Assembly: GCA_964016885.1 (NCBI GenBank)
Contig: OZ024743.1
Span: 307,334,001-307,398,000 of the forward strand
From: Eledone cirrhosa
Taxonomy: Eukaryota
DNA length: 64,000 nt
Reading direction: 5' to 3'
Below are positions 63,501 through 64,000 of this stretch, piece by piece. Made by a program: the position numbers and the translations under genes. The number at the start of each line of letters is the position of its first letter. Position 1 is the stretch's first letter. The notes beneath the pieces were generated by a model. That model made no database searches. It was not told the origin of the DNA and was given only the letters and a program-made list of their open reading frames with translations.

Positions 63501-64000
63501 CAGGTCCTTGTCTATGGGTTCTATCAAGGTTGGCCATGCAGGTCACTAGTTTGTGATCTGAATAGGCAACCATGAACATTTGTGGACAGCTTAACATGTC
63601 CCTATCCTTATTTCTAACTAGGTACGATCTAGATGTTCCGCTACGATTAGTCCATGTCCACAGTGGCACAGTCAGAAAATCTAGTCGATATCTATCGGCC
63701 AGGTCAAATCAGTCGATTAACTGTTTGAGGCTGTTACACCCCCCCCCCTTTATCGGGACATGCTCCCACATAGTCCCAACGTGCATCTAGGATTCCATTC
63801 CGGTCCCCCACTAAAAGCAAGGAGCGGGACGTTCCCAGAAAAGTCTCTAGACGTTTGAAGAAGTCTGGCCGCGGTGTCCCGGATGGGGTATATGCAGCCA
63901 CCAGCCTGAAGGCTCCACCTTCACTACCGTCAACGTCTAGGACCACCAGTCGACCCTCCGGGTCCAGATGTACCATCTGTGTTACGAGGCCCAGGTGTTT
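60579..64000 (-). mobile_element. Tx1/L1-clade LINE ORF2 (APE, RT, C-terminal Zn finger), disrupted, continuing beyond the window
   Basis: DPEGRLVVLD..RLVAAYTP, YSDHKLV, GPGYWKLN, KSPGLDGLP, NFRPITLLN, LDQSKAFDRVDH, AYADN, GGLGMP, CPRC..EETVAHAFIHC; AATAAA at the 3' end. Confidence 0.93.

Overview
Eukaryotic, AT-rich, transposon-dense animal DNA. It is probably cephalopod (octopus-like), inferred from Nin/Deu- and CORE-type tRNA-SINEs with RTE-LINE tails and abundant microsatellites; no search was run. The only host gene I can support is on the minus strand: two phase-compatible exons (26039-25558 and 17065-16833) encoding an Asn/Asp/His-rich N-terminus and the first two TM helices of an MFS/SLC16-like transporter. 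The rest is a layered TE landscape: RTE LINEs, an R4/Dong-like LINE, Tx1/L1-clade LINEs, CRE-like fragments, two Gypsy LTR elements (one gag-protease-only with an aberrant right end, one 4.06 kb with identical LTRs), three decayed Helitrons, a mariner nested in a piggyBac-type MITE, many SINEs and several minisatellites. The most notable signals not shown by the ORF track are two minus-strand type-I hammerhead ribozyme motifs of the Penelope-like minimal type, a minisatellite built from a piggyBac-type MITE terminus, and Tx1 3' ends tied to (AGAT)n. There are no prokaryotic features and no CRISPR array, and I cannot claim a verified new biological system.
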